A program made the translations under genes and the position numbers. Of a stretch of 32,000 bases of DNA, positions 24,912-32,000 are shown piece after piece. Below the pieces are notes generated by a model. It saw only the letters and a program-made list of their open reading frames with translations, was not told where the DNA came from and did no database searches. Numbering within the stretch: position 1 is the first letter of the stretch; each line of letters opens with the position of its first letter. Origin of the DNA: Candidatus Kuenenia stuttgartensis (GTDB taxonomy: Bacteria > Planctomycetota > Brocadiia > Brocadiales > Brocadiaceae); assembly GCF_900232105.1 (NCBI RefSeq), contig NZ_LT934425.1, forward strand, positions 2,280,001 through 2,312,000, in the 5' to 3' direction.

Positions 24912-26095
24912 AAAGAGAAAAAAGGAAAGAAAAACTTAAGCACAAAAAAGACTTGGCTGCTAATAAAAAGTGGGAACAATTTGACAGAGTATTTGAAAGC
25001 ATAAGCATAAAAAAAGATTTTTCAAAGTTGCAAAGGAGCTTGAAGGAAAAAGTAATATCACGACGTTATCCATCTTTTCGTATAGAGTTATCTGATGAAT
25101 TAAAAAATGATTCCGAATCGATTTTGGTTGCGAAGGAAGTAGATGACTGTATTAAGCAATTAACTTTTGTACTAAAGCCCTTTAACACAACCATTAAAAT
25201 AAATGATTATTTCTCAGTTGCGGTTTCCGTTGCCCATTGTTTTAAAAATTGCGAAGAACTCTCATCCTTAGAAAATATAAAAACTGCTACGAGTTTGTTG
25301 TTGTCAGAGGAAAACATAGCTGCAGTAATAAAATGTTTGTATCAAAATATAGATGCAGTACTCATAGAACATAATAAAATGGACAGATTTTTTTTTTGGG
25401 CGTCTATAGAATGTAACACTTTACCAAACGGAAAGCCTATCAGGTTGATTCGAATACATAGACAACAGTGTATGTCTAAAAGTTTTTTTGTTGATGGACA
25501 GCAAAGAATTGCATATAAATGCGGTCAGTGTTTTATGCCTTATGGAATAAAATGGGCTGGCTTGGACAACAAAAATGTTGGGTTAACTGGCTTAGAAAAG
25601 AACATTCCTGTATACATTCAATCTCATGCGTTGGAAAGGTTATACGAAAGAATAGATTGTTTTGAAAACTCAAAAAGTCTTATTTACGATTATTTGTGGT
25701 GTTCCATCTTAAATGCAAAAGTTGTTAAAAGTACTAATGGAAAATATCTTATCGAATATTGGTTTAATTGTCACAAACTGGGTTATTTGGTAACAACGAT
25801 AAACGATGGAGTTGCTATAGTAAGAACATTTCTCTTTATCACAATGGATGGAACACCAGAAGGACTGTTATTGCACAAAAAACTCGGTATCAGAAGAGAT
25901 GATAAAGAATACTTACATCTCGACAAACTAAGAACCTACCTTATGACTGATATTCAAGAAGACACTGAATTACGTAATGTTTTTGAAGAATGTGGGTGTG
26001 GGCATTTATTTAAGGTTGTTAAGGAAGATGCGGTAATATGCCGAACGACTGGAGATGCTAAAGACATTCGTAAATACTTAAATCTAGGTAGTTGA
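24908..26095 (+). CDS. Cassette ORF4: 395-aa protein of unknown function, Lys-rich N-terminus
   Basis: The ATGA start/stop overlap with ORF3 indicates translational coupling. The N-terminus is MKREKRKEKLKHKKDLAANKK. The central/C-terminal segment PVYIQSHALERLYERID...NGKYLIEYWFNCHKLGYLVTTINDGVAIVRTFLFIT has an HAxxRxxxR-plus-beta-strand pattern reminiscent of DUF4258/BECR-fold toxins. That link is a weak inference. Confidence 0.6.
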   Translation: MKREKRKEKLKHKKDLAANKKWEQFDRVFESISIKKDFSKLQRSLKEKVISRRYPSFRIELSDELKNDSESILVAKEVDDCIKQLTFVLKPFNTTIKINDYFSVAVSVAHCFKNCEELSSLENIKTATSLLLSEENIAAVIKCLYQNIDAVLIEHNKMDRFFFWASIECNTLPNGKPIRLIRIHRQQCMSKSFFVDGQQRIAYKCGQCFMPYGIKWAGLDNKNVGLTGLEKNIPVYIQSHALERLYERIDCFENSKSLIYDYLWCSILNAKVVKSTNGKYLIEYWFNCHKLGYLVTTINDGVAIVRTFLFITMDGTPEGLLLHKKLGIRRDDKEYLHLDKLRTYLMTDIQEDTELRNVFEECGCGHLFKVVKEDAVICRTTGDAKDIRKYLNLGS

Positions 26096-26097
26096 AA

Positions 26098-26280
26098 ATG
26101 AAAAATCAAAAAAGCAACAAAAGATACAATGCGATACTGTTTGATATAGTTGGTACTTTGCTAACAAGACAGTCCGCAGATTTTCAAGTGTTCGCGGGGC
26201 GTTGTCAGGAAACCGGAATCACAATAGATTTAGATACTGCACGGAGAGGCTGGAAACAATCTGAGAGGTGGATTTTCTGA
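26098..26280 (+). pseudogene. HAD-superfamily hydrolase N-terminal fragment
   Basis: MKNQKSNKRYNAILFDIVGTLL resembles HAD motif I (hhhFDxDGTL), but the second Asp is replaced by Val. The ORF stops after 60 codons, whereas HAD enzymes are ~200+ aa. Downstream sequence to ~26450 has only short broken frames. Confidence 0.4.
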
Positions 26281-26517
26281 AGGAAATGGCTGGCGAACCC
26301 AGGATGCCTGACCACGAATTTTTCAGATGACCTGATTCCATTGCCTTGCGAACGGCGTTTGGCGAGAAGTCAGATGAAGAGATATGGAAAATGGTTTCTC
26401 TTATTCTCCCGCTTCAAGGCCCAAGACAGTCATGAGAAGTAATCGCTGGAAAATTTCACAAATCGCCCTAATTATTAAGTTGCGTTTAATGATGGTAGAG
26501 GATTAACATTTCGATTC

Positions 26518-26939
26518 GGGTGCATTCCCGATTTTTTGTAACTATCTGCACAATGTAACACAAGTATCCTGCATGTGATATTTAATACACAAGCTGCCTG
26601 CCTATACGTCCCGGCACGCAGACAGGCGACTCGCCCAGACCGGGACGGTCTGGCTACCTTCGGAAACGTACGCAGACAGGGAAGCATCGTAGAGACAGGT
26701 TTCAAACCTGTCTCTACAATGACCTATATTTTTATGCCCCACTAATTGTTTATAGCCAATAGTATCTATTTTTCTAAAATTTAATATATACTCCAGGTAT
26801 CAATAGATGGGTGGCACAGGCTTTTTGCCTGTGCGGAATACAGGCAGGATGCCTGTACCACCCTTGCAATAAATTCTATTATTCATCTTCCGAAAACCTT
26901 ATTTTTTGACTATATTTACAAAAAATCGGGAATGCACCC
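26518..26939. mobile_element. MITE family 1, complete 422-bp copy with 9-bp target-site duplication
   Basis: Ends are gggtgcattcccgattttttgtaa / ttacaaaaaatcgggaatgcaccc. It is flanked by direct tttcgattc at 26509-26517 and 26940-26948. The interior carries the GTAG hairpin gtagagacaggtttcaaacctgtctctac (26689-26717) and a gggtggcacagg..cctgtaccaccc palindrome. Confidence 0.85.
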
Positions 26940-27042
26940 TTTCGATTCTCATGAGAGATGTATACTAAAGCAGAACGATTCAATCCCGATAATTTATATG
27001 ATCTAATTAATTGGAAAGATAGATAACTAACATTTTTGCGTT

Positions 27043-28545
27043 ATGAATAAATCACCCTTCATCTCCAAAACAAAATACATCGCCGGTATTCAGTGCCATA
27101 AACTCCTCTGGCATTACTACAACGCAAAGGAAGAGTTCCAGGAAGTAGATGCCGGCACGCAATCGCTATTCGACCAAGGACATTTAGTCGGTGAATACGC
27201 AAAAAAACGCTATCCAACCGGAATAGAAGTGTCTGAAGATATCATCGCTTTTGAAAAGGTCATTGAGCAATCTAAACAGTTAATCTCAAAACGCCTACCG
27301 CTTTTTGAAGCCGCATTTCGTTATAAAAACGCTTACGCCCGCGCAGATATTCTAAATCCGGCAGGAAGAAAAGCCTGGGAAATTATAGAAGTGAAAAGTT
27401 CAACCCAGGTGAAAGATATTCATCTTTACGACCTTTCTTTGCAGTGGTATACATATAAAGGAACCGGACTTGAGATCAAACGATGTTATCTTCTGCATAT
27501 TAATAATGAATATGTCCGCAAAGGAGAAATCGATCCGGGAAAGTTATTTGCCCTTGAAGATATTACATCGGATGTGAAAATATTACTTCCAGAAGTTGAA
27601 GGACGATTGGAAAAAATGATCAAAGTAATTGCAGCAAAAAAATATCCCAAAATTGAAATCGGTTTACATTGTAACGACCCTTACGAATGTCCGCTGCAAG
27701 AAAAATGCTTTGATTATTTGCCAAGACACAATCCGCTGACGTTATATTACTTCAAAGGAGAGAAAGCCTTTTCATTGATAAATGATGGCGTCACCGATAT
27801 TCTAAAGTTCGATGATTCCATCACACTATCCGCTAAACAAAAGATACAGATACAGAGTCTTCGGTCAAAAAGAGAGTATGTAAATAAAGAGGGAATACAG
27901 TCATTCTTAAATAAACTTGCTTATCCTTTATATTATCTTGATTTTGAGACTATCGGAACTGCAATCCCGCTGTTTGACCATGTAAAACCGTATCAACAGA
28001 TTCCATTTCAGTTCTCGCTTCATATTCAAGCATCACCAAAGAGTAAACTTGAGCACATCGGTTATTTAGCAGAAGGCAAAGACGACCCCCGTCCGGAATT
28101 ATTAAAGCTATTGAAAAAACACCTTGGCATGAAAGGATCGATTGTTACATACAACGCATCCTTTGAAAAAGACAAACTCAACAAAGCGTGCGAAGCATTT
28201 CCGGCTTACCGGGAGTGGAATCGGAAGATACAAGCCCGAATAGTTGATCTGTTGGATCCTTTCAAAGCCTTCTACTACTATAACTACAAACAAGAGGGAA
28301 GCGCATCGATCAAATCTGTCTTACCTGTACTAACGGGAAAAGGATATGATGGGATGGAGATCGCCGATGGTGGAACGGCGAGCAATGAATATCTGCGAGT
28401 GACGTATGGAGAAGGTGTTACCGAAAAAGAGCGAAAGACAGTTCGGAAATATCTTGAAGAGTATTGTGAGTTGGATACGATGGCGATGGTGAAAATTGTT
28501 GAAAAGTTGATAAAGATTTCCAATGGCAAAGTAGATTATTCGTAA
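27043..28545 (+). CDS. DUF2779-like protein: N-terminal PD-(D/E)XK (RecB/Cas4-like) nuclease domain plus C-terminal DFET-containing domain
   Basis: 500 aa. ISKTKYIAGIQCHKLLWHYY matches the usual DUF2779 opening (SKS.f..g.qC.k.LW). ARADIL...WEIIEVKSST supplies D...ExK. The C-terminal half has YYLDFETIGTAIPLF...PFQFSLH. Confidence 0.65.
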   Translation: MNKSPFISKTKYIAGIQCHKLLWHYYNAKEEFQEVDAGTQSLFDQGHLVGEYAKKRYPTGIEVSEDIIAFEKVIEQSKQLISKRLPLFEAAFRYKNAYARADILNPAGRKAWEIIEVKSSTQVKDIHLYDLSLQWYTYKGTGLEIKRCYLLHINNEYVRKGEIDPGKLFALEDITSDVKILLPEVEGRLEKMIKVIAAKKYPKIEIGLHCNDPYECPLQEKCFDYLPRHNPLTLYYFKGEKAFSLINDGVTDILKFDDSITLSAKQKIQIQSLRSKREYVNKEGIQSFLNKLAYPLYYLDFETIGTAIPLFDHVKPYQQIPFQFSLHIQASPKSKLEHIGYLAEGKDDPRPELLKLLKKHLGMKGSIVTYNASFEKDKLNKACEAFPAYREWNRKIQARIVDLLDPFKAFYYYNYKQEGSASIKSVLPVLTGKGYDGMEIADGGTASNEYLRVTYGEGVTEKERKTVRKYLEEYCELDTMAMVKIVEKLIKISNGKVDYS

Positions 28546-28627
28546 TACATTCTCTCCTGAAAAAATAACCTATCATGTTGAAACAGGTACGCAGATTCCG
28601 GGAACACAAGAATATGGTAAGTCTTCA

Positions 28628-28806
28628 CCCATAAGGTGTGGGTAAAATCCGTTAGACAGTAGGGTGGATCAAGCGACAGCGAATCAACCGTTTCATTTAT
28701 TATTGGTGGATTTGCTGTGAAAAAGCCCACCCTACACGAAATGAGAGAAAAGAGTCTTGGCGAGCATGGTATATTAACCCTGTCAGGGTTGTTTCTTTCA
28801 TTTTGT
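28628..28806. repeat. Composite palindromic repeat, family 2, copy B
   Basis: It is collinear with 2296-2512: cccataaggtg..gtagggtggatcaagcgacagcgaatcaacc..cccaccctac..ggtatattaaccctgtcagggttgttt. It lies directly upstream of paralog B. Confidence 0.8.
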
Positions 28807-28829
28807 GGGAAATATGCCATAGTAGCTGC

Positions 28830-29324
28830 ATGAACGAAGAACATTCACCTATGAAATTGCTTATGCAAAGATTGCAGCATAATGAAAGCGAAGTGGTGCG
28901 TCAAGCCCTTGAAGAAATTGGCAGATCCGGAAAGGGGAATCGCGAGGCCATAAAAATGCTTCAGGATTTTTTAAAGGGAGAGCGGCGAATGCCTCTCCGC
29001 GTTTTGGCGGTTCAAACTATTGCAAAAATAAAGGAGTCCCCTCAATCTTCCGCAAAAGAATTCAAGAAACCGAACGTCTTTCAGTGTCCGGGGGCGGAGA
29101 AGATAAAAAGGGTGGAAATTTTGGAGGTAACGTGTCCCTACTGCCATCAGAAAGGTACGGCGTCGGTGGCCGGTTTTGAATATGAATTCGAATGCGAGAG
29201 CTGCGGGGGAATGATACAGCGTGATATCCCTGAAAGCTGTATTGAGAAATGTCCCGTGGGAAGCGAGTGTGTCGGTGAAGGGCGTTATCAAAAATATTTA
29301 CAAGGCAGAAAGAAAGCTACTTGA
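28830..29324 (+). CDS. HEAT-repeat-like + zinc-ribbon-like protein, paralog B
   Basis: I count 8 substitutions over ~164 aligned residues against the 17777..18280 product. Nucleotide similarity runs from ~28806 to ~29350. Confidence 0.6.
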   Translation: MNEEHSPMKLLMQRLQHNESEVVRQALEEIGRSGKGNREAIKMLQDFLKGERRMPLRVLAVQTIAKIKESPQSSAKEFKKPNVFQCPGAEKIKRVEILEVTCPYCHQKGTASVAGFEYEFECESCGGMIQRDIPESCIEKCPVGSECVGEGRYQKYLQGRKKAT

Positions 29325-29915
29325 AATACATAGCGCAGCCTTTGGCCGCAACCAAATTCGAAATACGAATATCGAATCTATTAAAATAAGGAATTTAGAA
29401 ACCGCAAATACACGCAAATGGACGCAAATATTTTTAACGGGAGTCACAGAAATCTGGCAATCTAGTCTCTGACCACTGCCTACTGCTTCTGGCGACCGGC
29501 TTTCGCGTTCATTGGCGTCCATTAGCGGTTATCTTTCTAAACAACCTCCAGGGAATTTCGAATTACGGGGAAAATAGGAATAATAAGAGAAGTGTCCCTA
29601 TATCCTATTTCCCCCCCTATATCCCTTGCTCATGGATCGAGGATGCTTCCCCTCAGGTGGCACGGCCAACTTGAGCAGAATACAACGTGATCGCGCGATA
29701 TAGCAGACGAGTCCGGCACAGGGGTTGTAGCCTTGTCGTTGATCGCAGTTGTTATGCGATTAAGACGTTGAATTAATATTTACTGAATGGCATATAGTAG
29801 ATTTGCAGGAAATTTTAAAATTGGCTAGACAAGGTATAAAATAAAGGCGAAATAGCGCTTGCCAATGATCCTAAAATAATATATATTCATAGTATATATT
29901 CAAAGGAGGTGTTTT

Positions 29916-30143
29916 GTGAAAACTGCAAAAATTTTTCAAAACGGTCAAAGCCAGGCTGTTAGGCTGCCCAAGGAGTTTCGGTTTGAGGGTGACCACGTAT
30001 TTATCAAAAAGTCGGGAAATATTGTGATGCTTATTCCAGCCAAAGAATCGTGGAATTCTTTGGTAGACAGCCTTGATAAATTTACCGATGACTTCATGGG
30101 TGAGAGAAAACAGTTAGATACCCAGACAAGGGAGCCACTTTAA
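29916..30143 (+). CDS. vapB: VapB antitoxin (AbrB/SpoVT-type)
   Basis: GTG start preceded by aaggagg. KTAKIFQNGQSQAVRLPKEFRFEGDHVFIKK is the classic AbrB-fold VapB/VagC N-terminus. The stop overlaps the vapC start (TAATG). Confidence 0.85.
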   Translation: MKTAKIFQNGQSQAVRLPKEFRFEGDHVFIKKSGNIVMLIPAKESWNSLVDSLDKFTDDFMGERKQLDTQTREPL

Positions 30144-30544
30144 TGAAATGTATGCTTGATACCAATATATGCATTTATCTCATCAAGCGGAAAAACCCTA
30201 AAATCCTTGCGTATCTCAAAAAACACGACATAGGGGAGGTTGGTATTTCATCTATTACCCTCGCGGAACTTCAATACGGGGTGGCAAACAGCAATTATAT
30301 CCAGAGAAACAGAGAGGCTTTACATGAGTTTATCCTGCCTCTTGAAATTGCAGATTTCGATGAAAAGGTTGCTGAGGTGTACGGGAATGTGAGGGCGAAC
30401 CTTGAAAAGGCAGGAACCCCTATTGGCTCAATGGATATGCTCATTGGCGCTCATGCCATGAGTCTCGGTGTAACCCTTGTATCTAATAATACCAGGGAAT
30501 TTAATCGTATAAAAGGGCTTAAGGTTGTAGACTGGACCATTTGA
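30143..30544 (+). CDS. vapC: VapC PIN-domain toxin
   Basis: 133 aa. MLDTNICIYLIKRKNP ... ISSITLAELQYG ... MDMLIGAHA ... LVSNNTREFNRIKGLKVVDW is collinear with enterobacterial VapC/MvpT, including the acidic PIN residues. Confidence 0.9.
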   Translation: MKCMLDTNICIYLIKRKNPKILAYLKKHDIGEVGISSITLAELQYGVANSNYIQRNREALHEFILPLEIADFDEKVAEVYGNVRANLEKAGTPIGSMDMLIGAHAMSLGVTLVSNNTREFNRIKGLKVVDWTI

Positions 30545-30952
30545 AGGTAGGGAATCAGGCCTACGGTGACATTCAACAGCGTAGTGGTAAGACGTGCCTT
30601 GCTACTGTTTGAACACGCACCAGAGGTGGTAACCCTAAAGCGTAAAAAGGGGCATACCTTGATCAGGGGTTAACATGTCGATAGTTTGGGCTTGATCACA
30701 AATCAAGGTGTGAACCGTATCTTCACTCCTAACTCCGCACTTTAGTGCGGAGATATTCGTAAAAAACCCGACTTTAGCCAGGACTTTGGATTATTCCGTA
30801 ACCCCGACAGAGTTCCAAACTCTGTCAGGGTTAAATCAACTATTCCCCGCGCATTTGACCGCCATGGATTAACAGTACTTCAGGGCTAAAGCCCCGGACA
30901 TTTTTATTTTGTCAACCCCATGCTAAAGCATGGGGTTAAAGCATGGATGGAT

Positions 30953-30975
30953 TTTTCAAAAAACTAAAGTGTTAC
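30953..30975. repeat. Solo right end of MITE family 3 abutting / forming the MBL gene 3' terminus
   Basis: ttttcaaaaaactaaagtgttac has the same spelling as the right end at 13049-13072. Similarity between the two MBL 3'-end copies stops exactly at this junction. Confidence 0.6.
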
Positions 30976-31540
30976 GGCAAAATGGATTTGTGTATTTCTC
31001 TATACCTACCGTAGTCATTGGCCCGTGGGCGGGAAAGACAAGGGTTTCGTCAGGCAGGGTGAAGATATGCTTGCGGATATGTTCTGTCTGGCATTGAGCG
31101 GCCTTTGAAGAATTCGTACCACCAACTGAACCGCAAAAAAGCGCATCTCCTGTAAACACACCACCGGGGATATAGTACGACATTCCATGAAGAGTATGGC
31201 CAGGCGTGGATAATGCTTTGAATTGCAGCGAACCAACCTCAATTATTTCGCTGCCCTGCAGCATGTTATTGGCAGAATGTACTTCTCCCTCTCCGGCATA
31301 ACTCTTAACAGGATAACGGCGGGAAAACTCCTGCATGCCTTCGGTATGGTCCCAATGTCCATGCGTAAAAAAGAGATATTGTAAGAGGATTTGCCGTTCC
31401 CGGATAAAAGCCTCTATTTCATCGCTGAAACCCCCGGGATCAATAAATACCCCTACCCTGGTTTCAGGGTCTGCAACAAGATACCCGTTAATCGGGTAAC
31501 TTCCCACGGTAAAACGCCTGAATATCAGATTGCAAATCAT
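30956..31540 (-). CDS. MBL-fold metallo-hydrolase (glyoxalase II-like)
   Basis: 194 aa. The HxHxDH motif appears as THGHWDH. Later His/Asp ligand regions are TPGHTLHG and GDALF. The end is PAHGPMTTVGIEKYTNPF. The last 6 codons plus the stop are encoded by the MITE-end-like sequence. Confidence 0.85.
   Translation of the reverse strand: MICNLIFRRFTVGSYPINGYLVADPETRVGVFIDPGGFSDEIEAFIRERQILLQYLFFTHGHWDHTEGMQEFSRRYPVKSYAGEGEVHSANNMLQGSEIIEVGSLQFKALSTPGHTLHGMSYYIPGGVFTGDALFCGSVGGTNSSKAAQCQTEHIRKHIFTLPDETLVFPAHGPMTTVGIEKYTNPFCRNTLVF
30976..31047. repeat. att-like direct repeat, right copy (inside the MBL gene 3' end)
   Basis: It matches 18486-18557 (see that feature). Confidence 0.8.
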
Positions 31541-31597
31541 GGCGTGATCTCCTTTGAGTAATTCGTTTTTTTCAAAAAATAAACGGCAAACCCCAGG

Positions 31598-32000
31598 TTA
31601 ATCATAGCGCACCTCATCCCGGTTTGCCGCCTGATTTATATCGGTATCAACCCACTTTGTATCTACAAAATGCGCCTTATGAAACACCGCTTCATCAAGC
31701 GTGCATTTCTCAAAACTGCAACGGATAAAAATTGCTGCCCGAAAAATAGCCTTTTGCAGACGGCACTCCACAAACCGAGTATCAATGAAGGTTGAGAAGG
31801 GAAAGCGGACGAAAAAGTAATCCTCCCGCTCAAACAGGCAATCATGCCAAAATGAACCACTGAAGGCGACCTCGCTGAAAGAGGAACCCCGGAGCTGGCA
31901 CTTGTGAAATGTGGAGAATCCGAAGGAACTCAGTTTTGCCGTGGTTTTTGCTATCGTACATCCGGAGAAATGGTTTGAGGTAAAAAGGGCATCCTGTATC
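31598..32000 (-). CDS. Pentapeptide-repeat protein, C-terminal part (5' end outside window)
   Basis: It is not in the ORF track because no start codon lies inside the window. The minus-strand frame beginning at 31999 is open for 133 codons to the TAA at 31598-31600. It reads ...FSGCTIAKTTAKLSSFGFSTFHKCQLRGSSFSEVAFSGSFWHDCLFERED..., with F/L/C recurring every fifth residue. Confidence 0.7.
   Translation of the reverse strand, partial: IQDALFTSNHFSGCTIAKTTAKLSSFGFSTFHKCQLRGSSFSEVAFSGSFWHDCLFEREDYFFVRFPFSTFIDTRFVECRLQKAIFRAAIFIRCSFEKCTLDEAVFHKAHFVDTKWVDTDINQAANRDEVRYD

Noticed and set aside
17350-26939. Inverted copies of MITE family 1 flanking 17754-26517 as ends of a composite transposon carrying the PLD cassette.
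   Set aside because: The right copy has its own 9-bp target duplication (tttcgattc on both sides), so it inserted independently. The left copy lacks its outer terminal repeat. The direct-repeat pairs (mbl 3' end, paralog genes) explain the island borders better.
8077-30937. Recurring palindromic repeats could at first glance suggest a CRISPR array.
   Set aside because: The repeats belong to several different sequence families. They are not regularly spaced, have no constant repeat/unique spacer alternation, are individually flanked by TIRs/TSDs or occur singly, and no cas genes are present.

Overview
Bacterial chromosomal window. It is probably from a planctomycete of the anammox type; this is an inference from the density of multiheme c-type cytochromes, a PSCyt1-like CxxCH domain, C-x4-C-H motifs and an Rh-type ammonium channel. 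Layout: (i) 1-3.8 kb holds housekeeping genes: an Rh-type ammonium transporter 3' part, glutamate formimidoyltransferase, a glutaredoxin-like protein and a UMF1-type MFS transporter. (ii) 4.0-8.3 kb is a decayed defence islet: a higA-like antitoxin pseudogene split by a 156-bp MITE, a DUF262/DUF1524 GmrSD-like nuclease, a nonsense- and frameshift-bearing SF2 helicase remnant, and a Fic protein. (iii) 8.6-12.7 kb is a minus-strand respiratory cluster: a cytochrome b C-terminal-domain-like protein, a pentaheme lipoprotein, an 11-motif membrane-anchored cytochrome c, a 6-motif cytochrome c and a translationally coupled alpha/beta hydrolase. (iv) 13.2-17.2 kb holds exported proteins with a C-x3-G-C-H motif, with an IS4/IS1634-like insertion sequence between two gene fragments. 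(v) 17.3-31.0 kb is a mosaic accessory segment bracketed by two sets of direct repeats: a 545-bp paralogous gene pair, and a 72-nt duplicate of the 3' end of an MBL-fold hydrolase gene. It carries a DnaA-C-like HTH fragment, an icd 3' fragment, a DUF2281/PemK toxin-antitoxin pair, a DUF2779 nuclease and vapBC. The main candidate for something new also lies here. It is an AT-rich cassette of four overlapping ORFs (20181-26095): a 586-aa unknown protein, a two-HKD PLD-family nuclease, a protein made of two tandem ~282-residue repeats, and a 395-aa unknown protein. I could not assign the cassette to any named system. The PLD ORF and the repeat ORF look like one ~1000-aa protein split by a single extra C. 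At least four families of MITE-like or REP-like palindromic repeats are scattered through the window; two copies have clean target-site duplications. I saw no rRNA, tRNA or CRISPR array.
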